From contig NC_043004.1 of the NCBI RefSeq assembly GCF_006345805.1, positions 40,548,001 through 40,612,000 of the forward strand: a stretch of 64,000 bases of DNA, in the 5' to 3' direction. Below are positions 37,829 through 51,499 of this stretch, in pieces. Within the stretch, counting starts at the first letter, position 1, and each line of letters opens with the position of its first letter. A program made the position numbers and the translations under genes. Source of the DNA: Octopus sinensis (Eukaryota). Below the pieces are notes generated by a model that saw nothing but the letters and a program-made list of their open reading frames with translations, made no database searches and was not told the DNA's origin.

Positions 37829-38222
37829 AGGAGTGGCTGTGTGGTAAGTAGCTTGCTTACGAACCACGTGGTTCTGGGTTCAGTCCCACTGCATGGCACC
37901 TTGGGCAAGTGTCTTCTACTATAGCCGACCAAAGCCTTGTGAATGGATTTGGTAGACGGAAACTGAAAGAAGCCCGTCGTATATATGTATATATATAATG
38001 TATGTGTGTGTATATGTTTGTGTGCCTATGTTTGTTGCCCCAACATGGCTTGACAACTGATGGTGGTGTGTTTACGTCCCCATAACTTAGCGGTTCGGCC
38101 AAAGAGACCGATAGAATATGTACTAGGCTTACAAAGAATAAGTCCTGGGTCGATTTACTCGACTAAAGGTGGTGCTCCAGCATGGCTACAGTCAAACAAC
38201 AGAAACATGTTAAAGAGAAAAG
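37829..38222 (+). mobile_element. Family B CORE-like SINE (near full length)
   Basis: As 48787-49191. Confidence 0.8.
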
Positions 38223-39089
38223 ATAGCTCATCTAACTAATGTTTGTTCTAGACTGGAAACATCAGTTTTTTCTTTTTTGCAAAAGATTCATGTAATTCAT
38301 TAATTATAAAGTGCATATAGACAGGTAAACTTTGACTTTAAACAAATCCCTTATGGACAGAACACCAGACACATTCTTTTAGCTGTAATTCAGTATAGTT
38401 ATATTACATTTTTATCAATATGCATCATACTTATTGCAATTTTCTTGAGTTCTTGTCTAGAATTTACTGCTTATTTACCTATATTTCTCCGAGCTAAAAT
38501 ACCATTAATTTTGGTATAGTTGTACAATAGAAGAACCAGGTGATATTTTAGTGCAGCTCACACAAAAGAATGTTTTAGCAAAGACAGATTTTGAGATAGT
38601 TGAGCTTATTGGATTAAAACACGGAGTCCACTAAGAATTTACAATTTACACACATAGAAGAGTTTGCATCATCATCATCATCATCATCATCATCAACATC
38701 CACCACTACCACCACCATCACCACCACCACCATCACCACCACCACCATTACCATTACTATCATCATCGTTTGTAATGTCCAATTTTTCCAAGCTTGAATG
38801 GGTCAGACAGAATTTGTTGAGATAAATTTCCTGCAACCAGATGCCCTTCCTGTTGCCAACCCTCACCTGTTTCCAAGGTAAGTAATATTTTCCCATGGCT
38901 GGACATGTTTCCATGGAAGAATAGAAACACACAACACTACTTATATGACGGTGATGCTCATTTCCAACCAGTGTAAAACAAAGACAAACATCAAGACAAG
39001 AGGGAAAAATGAGTGTGAGTACATAGAAAGCATCTCAATGCTGAGACCATGGAGAGAGAATGATGAGTCAAAGGAAATTCAAGATGCAA

Positions 39090-39535
39090 TCATCATCATC
39101 ATCATTATCATTTAACGTCCACTTTCCATGCTAGCATGGGTTGGACGATTTGACTGAGGGTTGGCGAAACAGATGGCTTGCACCAGGCTCCAATCTTGAT
39201 CTGGCAGAGTTTCTACAGCTGGATGCCCTTCCTAACGCCAACCACTTCGAGAGTATAGTGGGTGCTTTTTACGTGCCACTGGCCAGTCAGGCGGCACTGG
39301 CAACGACCTCACTCGAATCTTTTTACACGTGCCAGTGAAGCAACGTTGGTAACAATCTCGCTCAAATGGTGCTTTTTTACGTGCCACGTGTACAGAAGCC
39401 AGCTGGCTGCTCTGGCATCGATCATGTTCAGATGGTGCTCTTGGCACCCTACTAGCACAGGCATAATTGCCAGTAAGGCGATGCTGGTAACCTTCATACT
39501 CGAATAGCCGCTCTGTCAACGATCACACTCGTATG
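39090..39535 (-). mobile_element. RTE-clade LINE 3' end
   Basis: Similar to 10350-10815. Confidence 0.75.
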
Positions 39536-40108
39536 GTGCTCTGAGGAAACAAAAAGCCCAAAATACACCAAAATAAAAAAAACGTTTGCTAAGTCTGAAA
39601 TTATAGTTGTTTGCCCTTCATGCCCTACTCATCAAAATAATTTTGTTGATTTTGAAACCAATACGTGTCTTTATGCCATATTACATCATGTTTACACTGA
39701 TTTTGAATCTCATCTGTCAACTACGTGTATAAACACTCTGTAAATTCAGAAGTAACTAGCCTTTATACAAACATATCTTATCATTTAGGTATTGCTGCTG
39801 TAAACAATTGCTAACAAAGTTTCACTTGAATTCATGTTGGAATCTGCTACCATCATCCCAGAACACAACATATTCGATTTCAATTAAGCATTTAAAAATT
39901 TTTTTTTGCTGAGACTCATGGAATAACCATGGGTACAAAATTTATGCAACCTTGGGTGTGAAGTTTTTGAAACAGAAGCTGTACTAAGAAGTAGAAATCA
40001 AATTCAATATTGACTTTAGCTGACTCAGTGAATCCTTATCAAAATGGTGCCTAAAAGATTGCTTTATGATATGGGCAAAATCTGATGAAGCACTGTCAGA
40101 ATTTTCTA

Positions 40109-42312
40109 GTATATATTCAGGAATTTTATTAGGACAAATTTCAGTCCAGAATTCTACTGTTGGTAATTCATATTCATATAGAATCATGAAACAGAGATTT
40201 ACTACATCAAATGAAATAATAAGCACTGACAGTTCCTCCTCAAATTTCCAGATCATCATCATCATCATCATCATCATTTAACGTCCGCTTTCCATGCTAG
40301 CATGGGTTGGACGGTTCAACTGGGGTCTGGGGAGCCCGAAAGCTGCACCAGTCCAGTCAGATCTGGCAGTGTTTCTACAGCTGGATGCCCTTCCTAACGC
40401 CAACCACTCCGAGAGTGTAGTGGGTGATTTTATGTGCCACCGACACAGGTGCCAGACGAGGCTGACAAACGGCCACGCTCGGATGGTGTTTTTTATGTGC
40501 CACCGACACAGGTGCCAGACGAGGCTGGCAGACGGCCACGCTCGGATGGTGTTTTTATGTGCCACCACCGACACAGGTGCCAGACGAGGCTGGCAGACGG
40601 CCACGCTCGGATGGTGTTTTTATGTGCCACCGACACAGGTGCCAGACGAGGCTGGCAGACGGCCACGCTCGGATGGTGTTTTTATGTGCCACCGACACAG
40701 GTGCCAGATGAGGCTGGCAAACGGCCACGATCGGATGGTGCTTGTTACGTGCCCACAGCACGGAGGCCAGTCGATGCGGTACTGGCTACGGCCACGTTCG
40801 GATGGTTTTCTTATGTGCCACGTGCCACCGGCACTGGTACCACAAAGATACAAATTCCATTGATGTTCATCTATTTTGATTTGTTTTGATTTGATTTGAT
40901 TTTCACTTGCCTCAACAGGTCTTCACAAGTGTCACAAGAAGGAAGGTATGCACAGGTGGACTGACTACGTCCCAGGTAGGGGCCATGGGTTATGGCCTGA
41001 CTAGTCTTGCCGGGTCTTCGGATGGTGTTTTTATGTGCCACCGACACAGGTGCTAGATGAGGCTGGCGAACGGCCACGATCGGATGGTGTTTGTCATGTG
41101 CCCACCGCACTGACTACGGCACTGATGGATTCTTGTGTGCCACAGGCACTGGTACCACAAGATACAAATTCCATTGATGTTCATCTATTTTGTCTATTTT
41201 GATTTGATTTGATTTGATTTTCACTTGCCTCAACCGGTCTTCACAAGTGTCACAAGAAGGAAGGAAGGTATGCACAGGTGGACTGACTAGTCTTGCCGGG
41301 TCTTCGGAAGGTGTTTTTATGTGCCACCGACACAGGTGCCAGATGAGGCTGGCGAACGGCCATGATCGGATGGTGTTTGTTACGTGCCCACAGCACGGAG
41401 GCCGGTCGATGCGGAACTGGCTACGGCCACGTTCGGATGGTTCTCATGTGTGCCACCGGCACTGGTACCACAAAGTGTGTGCCACCGGCACTGGTACCAC
41501 AAAGTGTGTGCCACCGGCACTGGTACCACAAAGATACAGATTCCATTGATGTTCATCTATTTTGATTTGTTTTGATTTGATTTTCACTTGCCTCAACAGG
41601 TCTTCACAAGTGTCACAAGAAGGAAGGTATGCACAGGTGGACTGACTACGTCCCAGGTAGGGGCCATGGGTTATGGCCTGACTAGTCTTGCCGGGTCTTC
41701 GGATGGTGTTTTTATGTGCCACCGACACAGGTGCTAGATGAGGCTGGCGAACGGCCACGATCGGATGGCCAGTGATGCGGTACTGACTACGGCCACGTTC
41801 GGATGGATTCTTGTGTGCCACCGGCACTGGTACCACAAGCGGTACTGACTACGGCCACGTTCGGATGGATTCTTGTGTGCCACCGGCACTGGTACCACAA
41901 GCGGTACTGACTACGGCCACGTTCGGATGGATTCTTGTGTGCCACTGGCACCACTGGCAGATGTGTTTGATATTTGAGGAGATGGTTTAACAGGTGTAAA
42001 TCACCTATGATAAAATTTAGTTTTAACAGAACATCTAGAAAGAAACTGAGTGTCTGATTTTCCAGACTCTGCCCACTACAGTTGGTCTTAATATTAGATC
42101 ATTGGGATGTAATTTGTTAATGCAGACTGAAGTTGATTTTTAAAGGTATCATTTTACAAAAGAAAGGTTGACAATAGGTTTGAAACTTCAGCATGAATTA
42201 CTGTTTGAAATTGATAGAGGGAGATATTTTTAAAAAATGGCATATTCATATATTCATATGTATTTTTAAACTGAGATTTTGGTCCCTACTCAAGTGAAAT
42301 TTAAAAGGGTTG
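40109..42312 (-). mobile_element. Duplicate of the PLE RT relic (35123-35605), split by an RTE insertion
   Basis: 40109-40253 and 41958-42312 match 35123-35605, including shared disablements. Confidence 0.85.
40254..41957 (-). mobile_element. RTE 3' end with 1.7-kb expanded 3'UTR tandem array
   Basis: Five or more ~62-bp units, three ~315-370-bp higher-order units and 22-48-bp sub-repeats; candidate TSD CAGAT at 40249-40253 and 41958-41962. Confidence 0.8.
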
Positions 42313-43321
42313 ATTTTCCAGGTTGTGTCAACTAGTATTTTAAATAATCTATAGCCTACAACAGGTTACTGCATTGCTTCCATTTATCAAACTTTACTCA
42401 CAAAGCACTGGGCAACCTGAAACTAAAAAGCTCTTACGCAAGAGGCTATGTCATTCAATCAAACGCAAAACCATATAGTTGTTAGAAAGCAAACCTCTTA
42501 ACCATCTTGCTGTGTCTACATCATTTCTTCAGCTCCTACACCACAGCTATCATGACCAGCCACTGCCATAGCAGAGTGGCCAATGTGCAGTATTCTTAGA
42601 GCAGAATCTAGGTTGAAGCACTAAAGCATAATGATTATTACCAAGGCATGCGATGTACGACCTTTGACCTATGATTTTCATCCATTGTTTTTTTTTCACA
42701 CACCACTGGCTTTGCAACATTTATAGCTGCTCAAGCAGGGCTGGTGATGGTGGTGGTCGTCGTCATCATCATCGTCGTGGTGTTGATCATGATGGTGGTA
42801 GTGGCAGCTATGATAGTAGAACAACAACAACAACAGTGGCAGCAGAGAGCAACTACAACAACAACAACAACAGCAGCAACAAGGACAACATTTGAAGTAA
42901 GGAGACTTAATGAGAGAAAGATTAGAATGTTGATAGCAACCCAAGAGAAGAATTCTAAGAAGAACAAAAACAACAGACATGGATGGCATCACCAAGCATG
43001 AACACATAAATCCTTACTATAACCATTTCTGTAATGCCCATCGCTACTATTAAGGAAAAATATATTACCAGAGCCAATGAAGAAGCCTGTATATAGTCAC
43101 TCATCCTGCTAGAAATAACAGCCAAATCTTTCTTGGTTCATATCTTATTTTTTGTTTATCTTTTATTTTTTTTTTAATCATTGAATTATTTGTCAGATGA
43201 ATCAACCCTAGTACTTTTGTTTTTACGTTTAAGTCTGGAATTTATTCTATCATTCTCTTTTGGTGAACTGTTAAGTTACAGGGATATTCGTACACCAAAA
43301 CTGGTTGTTGAGTGGTGGTGC

Positions 43322-43569
43322 TAGACAAACACACACACACGAGTGCACACACACATATCAGTGCACATACACACACACATTCACACACACACATATGAGT
43401 GCACATACACACACACACACATACACACACACACACACATACACACACACACACATACACACACACACAACACACACACACACACGAGTGCACACACACA
43501 TATGAGTGCACATACACACACACATACACACACACACATATGAGTGCACATACACACACACATATGAGT

Positions 43570-43649
<80 letters not shown>

Positions 43650-43662
43650 ACACACACACACA
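43322..43662. repeat. (CA)n field punctuated by TATGAGTGCACATA units
   Basis: Direct reading. Confidence 0.9.
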
Positions 43663-43937
43663 TAGTGGTCTCTTTCAGTTTCCATTTATCAAATCCACTC
43701 ACAAGGTGCTACACAGTGGGACGGAACACGGAACCATGTGGTTAGTAAGCAATCTTCTTACCCCATAGCCACACCTGTACCTATATCATAAAGAAAAATT
43801 TGACACATTGGATAATCCAGTTCTAGATCTCTGTGTATGAGGATAGAAAGAGAGAGTCATGGATGGAATTTGTTTTTGATCATAGGTTTTTTGCTCAACC
43901 AGAGATAACTTGGGATAGTTATCAATTCCACGCTGCA

Positions 43938-43972
<35 letters not shown>

Positions 43973-44237
43973 AAGTAAATAAATGGAGTTGAACGAAGAT
44001 GTTATTAAAATTCTTTTACTTTCGACATATGCTTCGAAGACAACATTGGTTTTATTCCAAAGGAATAAACGGTGTAAAATGCAATCTTCTCATCAGGAAA
44101 GAAAGAGAGCCTATCTCAACAACAAGACATTATAACAATTACGATGACTGCCTAAATGATAAACTGAATGTTATTAAGTATTTAAAAAAAACGTTAGTAG
44201 ATTTGACGTCAAAGGCAGATACCAGGAAGAGAAGGCT

Positions 44238-44240
<3 letters not shown>
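43973..44240 (-). mobile_element. ~270-bp hammerhead-bearing element between (TA)n tracts
   Basis: Starts AAGTAAATAAATGG, as does the element at 60265; contains the hammerhead at 44019-44101. Confidence 0.6.
44019..44101 (-). ncRNA. Type I hammerhead, long helix II, one core substitution
   Basis: CTTTC-CTGATGA-GAAGA[...TTTATTCC ttt GGAATAAA...]TCTTC-GAAG-C ATAT G-TC-GAAAG; A15.1 is G. Confidence 0.75.
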
Positions 44241-44294
<54 letters not shown>

Positions 44295-44850
44295 TATATA
44301 TATATAATAGGCTTCTTTCAGTTTCTCTCTACCAAATCCACTCACAAAACTTTGGTCCACCCAAGGCTATAGTAGAAGACACTCGCCCAATGCAGTGGTA
44401 CTGAACCCAGAACCATGTTGTTGGGAAGCAAGCTTCTTACTACACAGCCATAGCCAAATCTGTCTCAGAATCACTCCCAACTCCATATTTTCCTTACTGC
44501 CCTTTTCCACTATTCTTCCTCTTTCTCCATGGCTTTCTCCTCCTCCTACCAACTCTATAACAGCACCCTTAACGTGGATGGGGTGGGGTGGGGTAGAGGC
44601 GGAGCAGATAGTTGAATCTATGGATTGCAATGTGACCTCTGCAATATCTTTCTCATCTTTCACTTGTTTCAGTCACTGGACTGTGACCATGCTGGTGCTT
44701 TTTTTTTTTTGCAAACGAATTGACCTCAGTACTTATATATATTTTCAAGCTTGTACCTAGTCAATCGGCCCCAATTGGTGAACTGCTAAGATACAGAGAT
44801 ATCAACAGATGCCAGTTGACAAACAGTCACAGAGAACAAACCCAAACACA

Positions 44851-44884
<34 letters not shown>

Positions 44885-45399
44885 CACACACGCACACACA
44901 CACACACATGTCAAGCTAAGTAAAAGCATGGTTGGCCTTGCATATGGGTTTGTGTCCTGCATTCCACCCCAAGAGTTGATGTTTTTGAAACCAAGGAACA
45001 TAACTCTTAACTTAATCTCCTGCACAATTTGTTTCATCATCTTTTCCACAGCAACCACAAACCGGATGTGTCTGTTCACCTCCAACAATAGACAGCAATT
45101 GCCATATTTCATTCCATAACAGCTACCTCTGAAGAGCACAGGGTTACATAATTAGACTGTTACCTAACACTCTGCTGAACCCTAAGTGCGAAACTGATTG
45201 GTAAGATGAGCTGTAATGGATATATAATTCCATACCCTTCAATTAATATACCTACTCTACTGACAGATATACAAGTGCATTTATTCCTGGCATGGACTTT
45301 TAGACACCTTACACACACACACACACACACACATACATTCACACGTACACACACACTCACACATATTAGCATGTATATATACAATGGGCTTCTTCCAGT

Positions 45400-45636
45400 T
45401 TCTTATTTCTTTATTGCCCACAAAGGGCTAAACATGGATGGGACAAACAAGGACAGACAAAGGGATTAAGCTGATTACATCAACCCCCAGTGCATAACTG
45501 GTATTTAATTTATCAACCCCGAAAGGGATGAAAGGCAAAGTTGACCTCGGCGGAATTTGAACTCAGAACATAAAGACAGACGAAATACTGCTAAGCATTT
45601 CATTCAGCGTGCTAACGTTTCTGCCAGCTCGCTGCT
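45400..45636 (-). mobile_element. Family C SINE
   Basis: As 6960-7189. Confidence 0.75.
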
Positions 45637-45982
45637 TCTTTTAGTTTCTACCTGCCAAATTCACTCACAAGGATTTGGTTAGCCCAATGCTACAGTAGCA
45701 AACACTTACCGAAGAATCTCAGAATCATGTGGTTTGGAAGCAAACTTCTTACCACGCAGCCATAATGTGATTAGTGAATTGATTTGGTATTGGTTCCTAA
45801 TAATGGTTTGTGAGTCAGTACTTTGCTAGGCAGAGATAAAAAAGGAAAAACATAATGAATGCAAAATTTTAAGTTTAAAAATAGAAAATAAGTCTTACAA
45901 ATATCCCTCAAAACAGTAGGATGGGCATGGCTGGAATGCTTTTGATCATAGGTCTGTTTGGATCAGAGATGGATTGGATTTA

Positions 45983-46014
<32 letters not shown>

Positions 46015-46031
46015 TAATGGTAATAATAATA

Positions 46032-46071
<40 letters not shown>

Positions 46072-46292
46072 TCAGTAAAAGTAAAACTAATTTTATCACT
46101 ATATTAATCTCCATTGAGGGAAGAAGTTGTGAGGTGGGAGGGTAAGAGGGGAGAGGAAGAAAGTGATATAGATGAAAGGAAGAAGAGAAATAAGAGAACA
46201 GAAGGAAATAAGAAGGGGGGAATATAAGATAGAGAGAGAGGGGGAGAGAAAGGGAGGGAGGGAGAGAGAATAGATTGACAGATAGAGAGAGG

Positions 46293-46362
<70 letters not shown>

Positions 46363-46808
46363 TCATAGATAGATAGATAGATAGATAGATAGACAGGCAC
46401 ACAGAGATAAAGTGACAGACAGTCAAACAGACGAACAGACAATGATGGATAATTCGGTTTTTTTTTCTTCTTTCAGCTATAATTGCAATGGAAATTAATA
46501 TTCCAGCATCTTATTGTATGGTGGGTAGTGGGAAGAGGGAAGAGGAGATCAGGAGGGGGAATAATATGATGGAGAGGGGAATGGAGGGCAGAAAGTGATA
46601 GGAAAAGGAAATTAAAGAGAGTGAGATTGAGAAAGAAAGAGAGACAGAGAGAGAGAGAGAGGAAAATGTGGGGCAGATTGGAGAGGTTATTGAAGGAGAA
46701 TAATATATAAGAGAGGAGGAAGAGGGGGGATCTCTGATGTAGAGTAAGAAAGAGAGTGGTAGGAGGAGAAAGAGGCAGTAATGATGATGATGACGATGAC
46801 AATGATGA

Positions 46809-46842
<34 letters not shown>

Positions 46843-47509
46843 GGTGGTGGTGGTGACGATGGTAGTGGTGGTGGTGATGATGATGAGGAGGAGGGGAGGG
46901 GATGTGGAGGAGGGGAGGAGGAGGAGGAAGAAGGAGGAGGAGGAGGAGGAGGGGAGGAGGAAGAGGACGATGACGACGACGAGGGGGAAGTTAATAGCAC
47001 AAACTAATCTATGGCATGCTGAATGGTTCAAGACTTGAGAAATCAGCAATGTTATGTGATGGTGGTGGTGGTGATGGTGGTGATGCTGGAGTACTTGTTG
47101 GGTGTAAGTGTTGTTGTTGTTATCGTTGTTGTTGTTGTTTGTGGCAGTTGTGATTGTAATGGTGTTCATGGTGGCAGTAGAATTATTGGTGGTTGCCATG
47201 TTAGGCCTTGTCGTCATAGTTGCTGCTGTTGCTATAGTTGTTGTTGTTGTTGTTGTTCATTCAGCCCTGATTTTGTAGACTTATATTATGAAAAATGTTC
47301 CATCTATGACCACCTCAACTTTTCAAGAATAATCTGTGTTTAGAACTACATTATTCAATTTACCCTTCCCATTTTTTTAAGATGGCAAAGTGTCATTTAA
47401 AGGAAATTTGGCTGCTATTACTAGCAGAGTGAATGACTGCATAGAGGCAGTCTCACTAGTATATGTGATGGTGGTATTATGAGATATTAATAGTAGGTGG
47501 TGTAAAGAC

Positions 47510-47740
47510 AGAGAGCTGGCGGAATTGTTAGCACGCCGGGCGAAATGCTTAGCGGTATTTCGTCTGCCGTTACGTTCCGAGTTCAAATTCTGCCGAGGTT
47601 GACTTTGCCTTTCATCCTTTTGGGATTGATAAATTAAGTACCAGTTATGCACTGGGGTCGATGTAATCGACTTAATCCCTTTGTCTGTCCTTGTTTGTCC
47701 CCTCTATGTTTAGCCTCTTGTTGGCAATAAAGAAATAAGA
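47510..47740 (+). mobile_element. Family C SINE (full length)
   Basis: GAGAGCTGGCGGAATTGTTAGC...GAGTTCAAATTC...GAAATAAG tail. Confidence 0.8.
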
Positions 47741-48420
47741 ATCCTTAGCACGCCGGGCAAATTGATCTTAGTACCTTACCCTAAACTGCTGGCCTTGGGC
47801 TAAAATTTGAAACCAATATTAGGTGGTGTACTTGTTGGGGGATAATGATGATTGCTGCTGTTGTTGTTTAGTTCTGTGATGGTGATCATCATCATCATCA
47901 TCGTTTAACGTCCGCTTTCCATGCTAGCATGGGTTGGACGATTTTGACTGAGGGCTGGCGAGCCAGATGGCTGCACCAGGCTCCAATCTTGATCTGACAG
48001 AGTTTCTACAGCTGGATGCCCTTCCTAACGCCAACCACTCCGAGAGTGTAGTGATGATTATGATAATTATTATGATCATTAAAATCATAATTATAATCAT
48101 CATAATCATCATAGGCATTGTTGTCATCACCCTTATTCCAGCCATGACCATTTAATTTCTTTTTATTTTCATATACTGAGTATCCAGGATCACATTCAAT
48201 TTTCAGGACAAAAAGGTGTGATTTGACTGCTATTTCCAACAGATCAAAAGTCCATGTAGAGGCACCACCCTGAAGAATTCTAGTCAAACAAAGCAACACC
48301 AGTACTTATTTTGTTTGAAGCCTGGTATTTATTCTAACATTCTCCTTTGGCAAATTGCTAAGTTATAGAGACATAAACACACTAATACCAGCTGTCTGGT
48401 AGTGGTGGGGACAAACACAA

Positions 48421-48459
<39 letters not shown>

Positions 48460-48460
48460 T

Positions 48461-49533
48461 ATACAGCCATGCTACATGGCAGTGAAACATGGGCTGTGAC
48501 AGCAGAGAACATGCGAAGGATTGAAAGAAAGAAACCTAGTATGTTCTGCTAGATGTGCAATGTCAGTGTGCATGTACGGCAGAGTGTAACGGCCTTGAGA
48601 GAAAAGCTGGGCATAAGAGGCATCTGGTGTGCAAGAGAGATGATTGTGCTGGCATGGTCATGTGATGTATATGGATGAGGACAGCTGTGCAAAGAAGTGC
48701 TGATCTCTAACGGTGGAGGGAACCTGTAGAAGAGGTAGACCCAGGAAGACATAGATTGAGGTAGTGAAGCACGATTTCTGAACGTAGGCGCAGGAGTGGC
48801 TGTGTGGTAAGTAGCTTGCTTACCAACCACATGGTTCCGGGTCCAGTCCCACTGCGTGGCATCTTGGGCAAGTGTCTTCTGCTATAGCCCGGGGCTGACC
48901 AATGCCTTGTGAGTGGATTTGGTAGATGGAAACTGAAAGAAGCCCATCGTATATATGTATATATATATATGTATGTGTGTATATATGTTTGTGTGTCTGT
49001 GTTTGTCCCCCTAGCATTGCTTGACAACCGATGCTGGTGTGTTTGCGTCCCCGTCACTTAGCGGTTCGGCAAAAGAGAATAAGTACTGGGCTTACAAAGA
49101 ATAAGTCCCGGGGTTGAGTTGCTCGACTAAAGGCGGTGCTCCAGCATGGCCGCAGTCAAATGACTAAAACAAGTAAAAGAGTAAAAGAGTAGGGCCTCAT
49201 GGAGGTGAGGACAAGGGACTGTGGCCTTTGGCAATTTACTGTGCTTGAGAAAACTTGTCAAGCCAAGTGAAATTGTAGTTGTAGCTGGGGACAGTGACAT
49301 GTTATGGCATCCATGTTGGTAACATGGAAATGTCCCCATGCTGGGGACACATAAAAGGTACCCACTACACTTTCAAAGTGGTTGGTATTAGGAAGTACAT
49401 CCAGCCATAGAAACCAAACCAAATTCAGAATGGAACCTAATGTAGCTCTCCAGCTTACCAGTTCCAGTCAAGCTGTCTAAACCCATGCCAGCATGGAACA
49501 CAGACATTGAATGATGAAGATGATGATGATGAT
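48461..49533 (+). mobile_element. RTE ORF2 C-terminus + 3'UTR, interrupted by a SINE
   Basis: TAMLHGSETWAVTAENMRRIER...WHGHVM.MDEDSC.KKC...VEGTCRRGRPRKT, resuming after the SINE (gggcctca...gtgcttgagaaaac) and ending in (ATG)n. Confidence 0.85.
48787..49191 (+). mobile_element. Full-length family B CORE-like SINE nested in RTE
   Basis: tRNA-like head GGCGCAGGAGTGGCTGTGTGG, CORE-like motif, internal microsatellite, (GTAAAAGA)n tail; TSD GTAGG at 48784-48788 and 49189-49193. Confidence 0.85.
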
Positions 49534-49543
49534 GATGATAATG

Positions 49544-49580
<37 letters not shown>

Positions 49581-51499
49581 ATACATATATATATATATTA
49601 TGCGGAGAAAATCCCTGGAGAAGGACATCATGCTCGGAATGGTCAGTGGCAAGAGAGGAAGAGGCTGACCAAGAACCCTCTGGCTTGACACCATCAAGAG
49701 TGATGCCGGAATGGACATAGCCAATCTGAAAGAAGCGGCCCAGGATAGAACTGACTGGAGGACACTGATCCAACGAGTGACCGAGAGTCGACTTCAACTG
49801 AGCGGATAGATAGATAGATATATTAGGCTTCTTTCAGTTTCATTCAACCAAATCCCTTCACAAGGCTTTTTGATTGGCCCAAGAACCATGTGGTTGGGAA
49901 GCAAGCGTTTTTATCACCCAACCACACCTGTATCTACTATTCAGTCTTTTTTATGTAGAATCTAGGACTAACTTATCCAAAGTGTCCTTCTCATAGTAAG
50001 ACAGTGGAAATAATTTGAAGGTGATTTAACTGCTATTTCTTGCAAGCCAAGTGATTGCATAGATACTTTCTCGTTGTTATTTTTTCTTTTTTTTTGCTTA
50101 TATTGGTGATAGAGAGTATGGAATTGGTTGTGGTAGGGATTTTGAAGTTCTGAGATGTATAAAAGGGGCCTGCTACTGTGATGCAAATTTTTTCACTGGA
50201 AACTAAAAAAAAAAAAAAAGATACAAGCGAAAAAACAAAAGCCAAATAAATAAATAAATCTGACATAAAGTCTCCTAACAACGACATTGGTGATTCTGGT
50301 GATTCCAATTCCTTTTTCTGCTATTCTTTCCATTTTTTTTTTTTCGTTATCTTTTGGTTTGTCATTGTTGTTTTTTTTTTTGTTTTTTATTCCCATGTCT
50401 CAATCTGGCTGGTTACCAGAACCCAGAACACTCTATATCACTAAATAACAACAACAACAAAACAAACAAAAAAAAAACAACAAAAGAAATCTATAAAAAC
50501 TTACCCATGAATCATTCCTAACAACCAACCAATAAATAAAACAAACAATCAAGCAAACAAACATAAATAAATAAATAAATATGTAAACAAATAATAACAT
50601 GAATGAATGAAGGAATGCATTCTTGAAACACATTTCAATGTCCTTAATTTTAGAATGACTTCCATTGATTCTTCCTTTTCTTCCTTTTCTTCCTTTCTTT
50701 CTTTATTTATATATTTATATATTTCTTGTTTCTTTCTCCCTCTGTTCATTCGTTTATTTATTCATTTACACATTTTTTCTTTCTTCTTTCCTTCATTTCT
50801 TTCTTTCTTTCATCTTTTCTTTGTTTTCTCTTTCTTTTCTTCCTTCTTTTTTTCTTTCTTTGCTTTTTGTTTTTTCATCCTTTGCTGTTTTCTTTCTTCC
50901 TTCCTTCTTTTCTTCCTTTCTCCCTTTCTTTTTTCTTTCTTTCTTTCTTTCTTTCTTTCAAACTTCTTTCTTTAGTCCCTTTATTCTTTCCTTCCATTTT
51001 TCTTTTTTTGAGACAGAAAAAGAGAGGAGGATGAGGAAGAGGAGGATGAGGAAGAGAAAGGATGAGGAAGAGGAGAAAGGGCAATTATTTTCAGACCCAA
51101 TCTATAAATTAAAGATATGAAAATAGAAAACAGAAACGATGACTTCCTCGCTTGTCAACTATATTTACTTTGATGGACCAATGAAGGGAAAGCCTCATTA
51201 CTGGCATTAGTCTTGCTAGATATAGCAGCTACATCTTCCATCTTCCTCAATTCACACACTTCTGCTATAGCCTTGGACCAACAAAAGCCTTGTGAGTGGA
51301 TTTGGTAGATGGTGTATTGCCAAAAGGTCTTGGTCATTAAAAATAAAAATAAAAAAAACTGAATGGTAAGAAACTGGTGAGGGAATATCTATGCAGCCAC
51401 TAACAGTTAAGTTAATCACACACCACAATCTTAAAACTAGAGTAACAGATTGGATAATGTAGTCCTAGATATATAAGGCCTCACAAACAGATGGTAAAG

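Noticed and set aside
40430-40760. CRISPR-like appearance of regularly spaced ~62-bp repeats
   Set aside because: Contiguous tandem units with no unique spacers, eukaryotic LINE context, no cas genes.
40294-40863. 189-aa ORF with repeated units
   Set aside because: Antisense reading of the RTE 3'UTR tandem array; open in several frames because of repeat composition.
44786-45139. 117-aa ORF with a good upstream acceptor
   Set aside because: No good donor and it runs into (TG)n; another frame (CGCCGKDDET) hints at a decayed retroelement zinc knuckle. Unresolved.
45168-45207. CTGCTGA...CGAAAC-TGATTG-GTA hammerhead-like motif; similar partial motifs near 2080, 15960-16000 and 21600
   Set aside because: Helices I and II are broken or the GAAA half is missing; at best decayed remnants.
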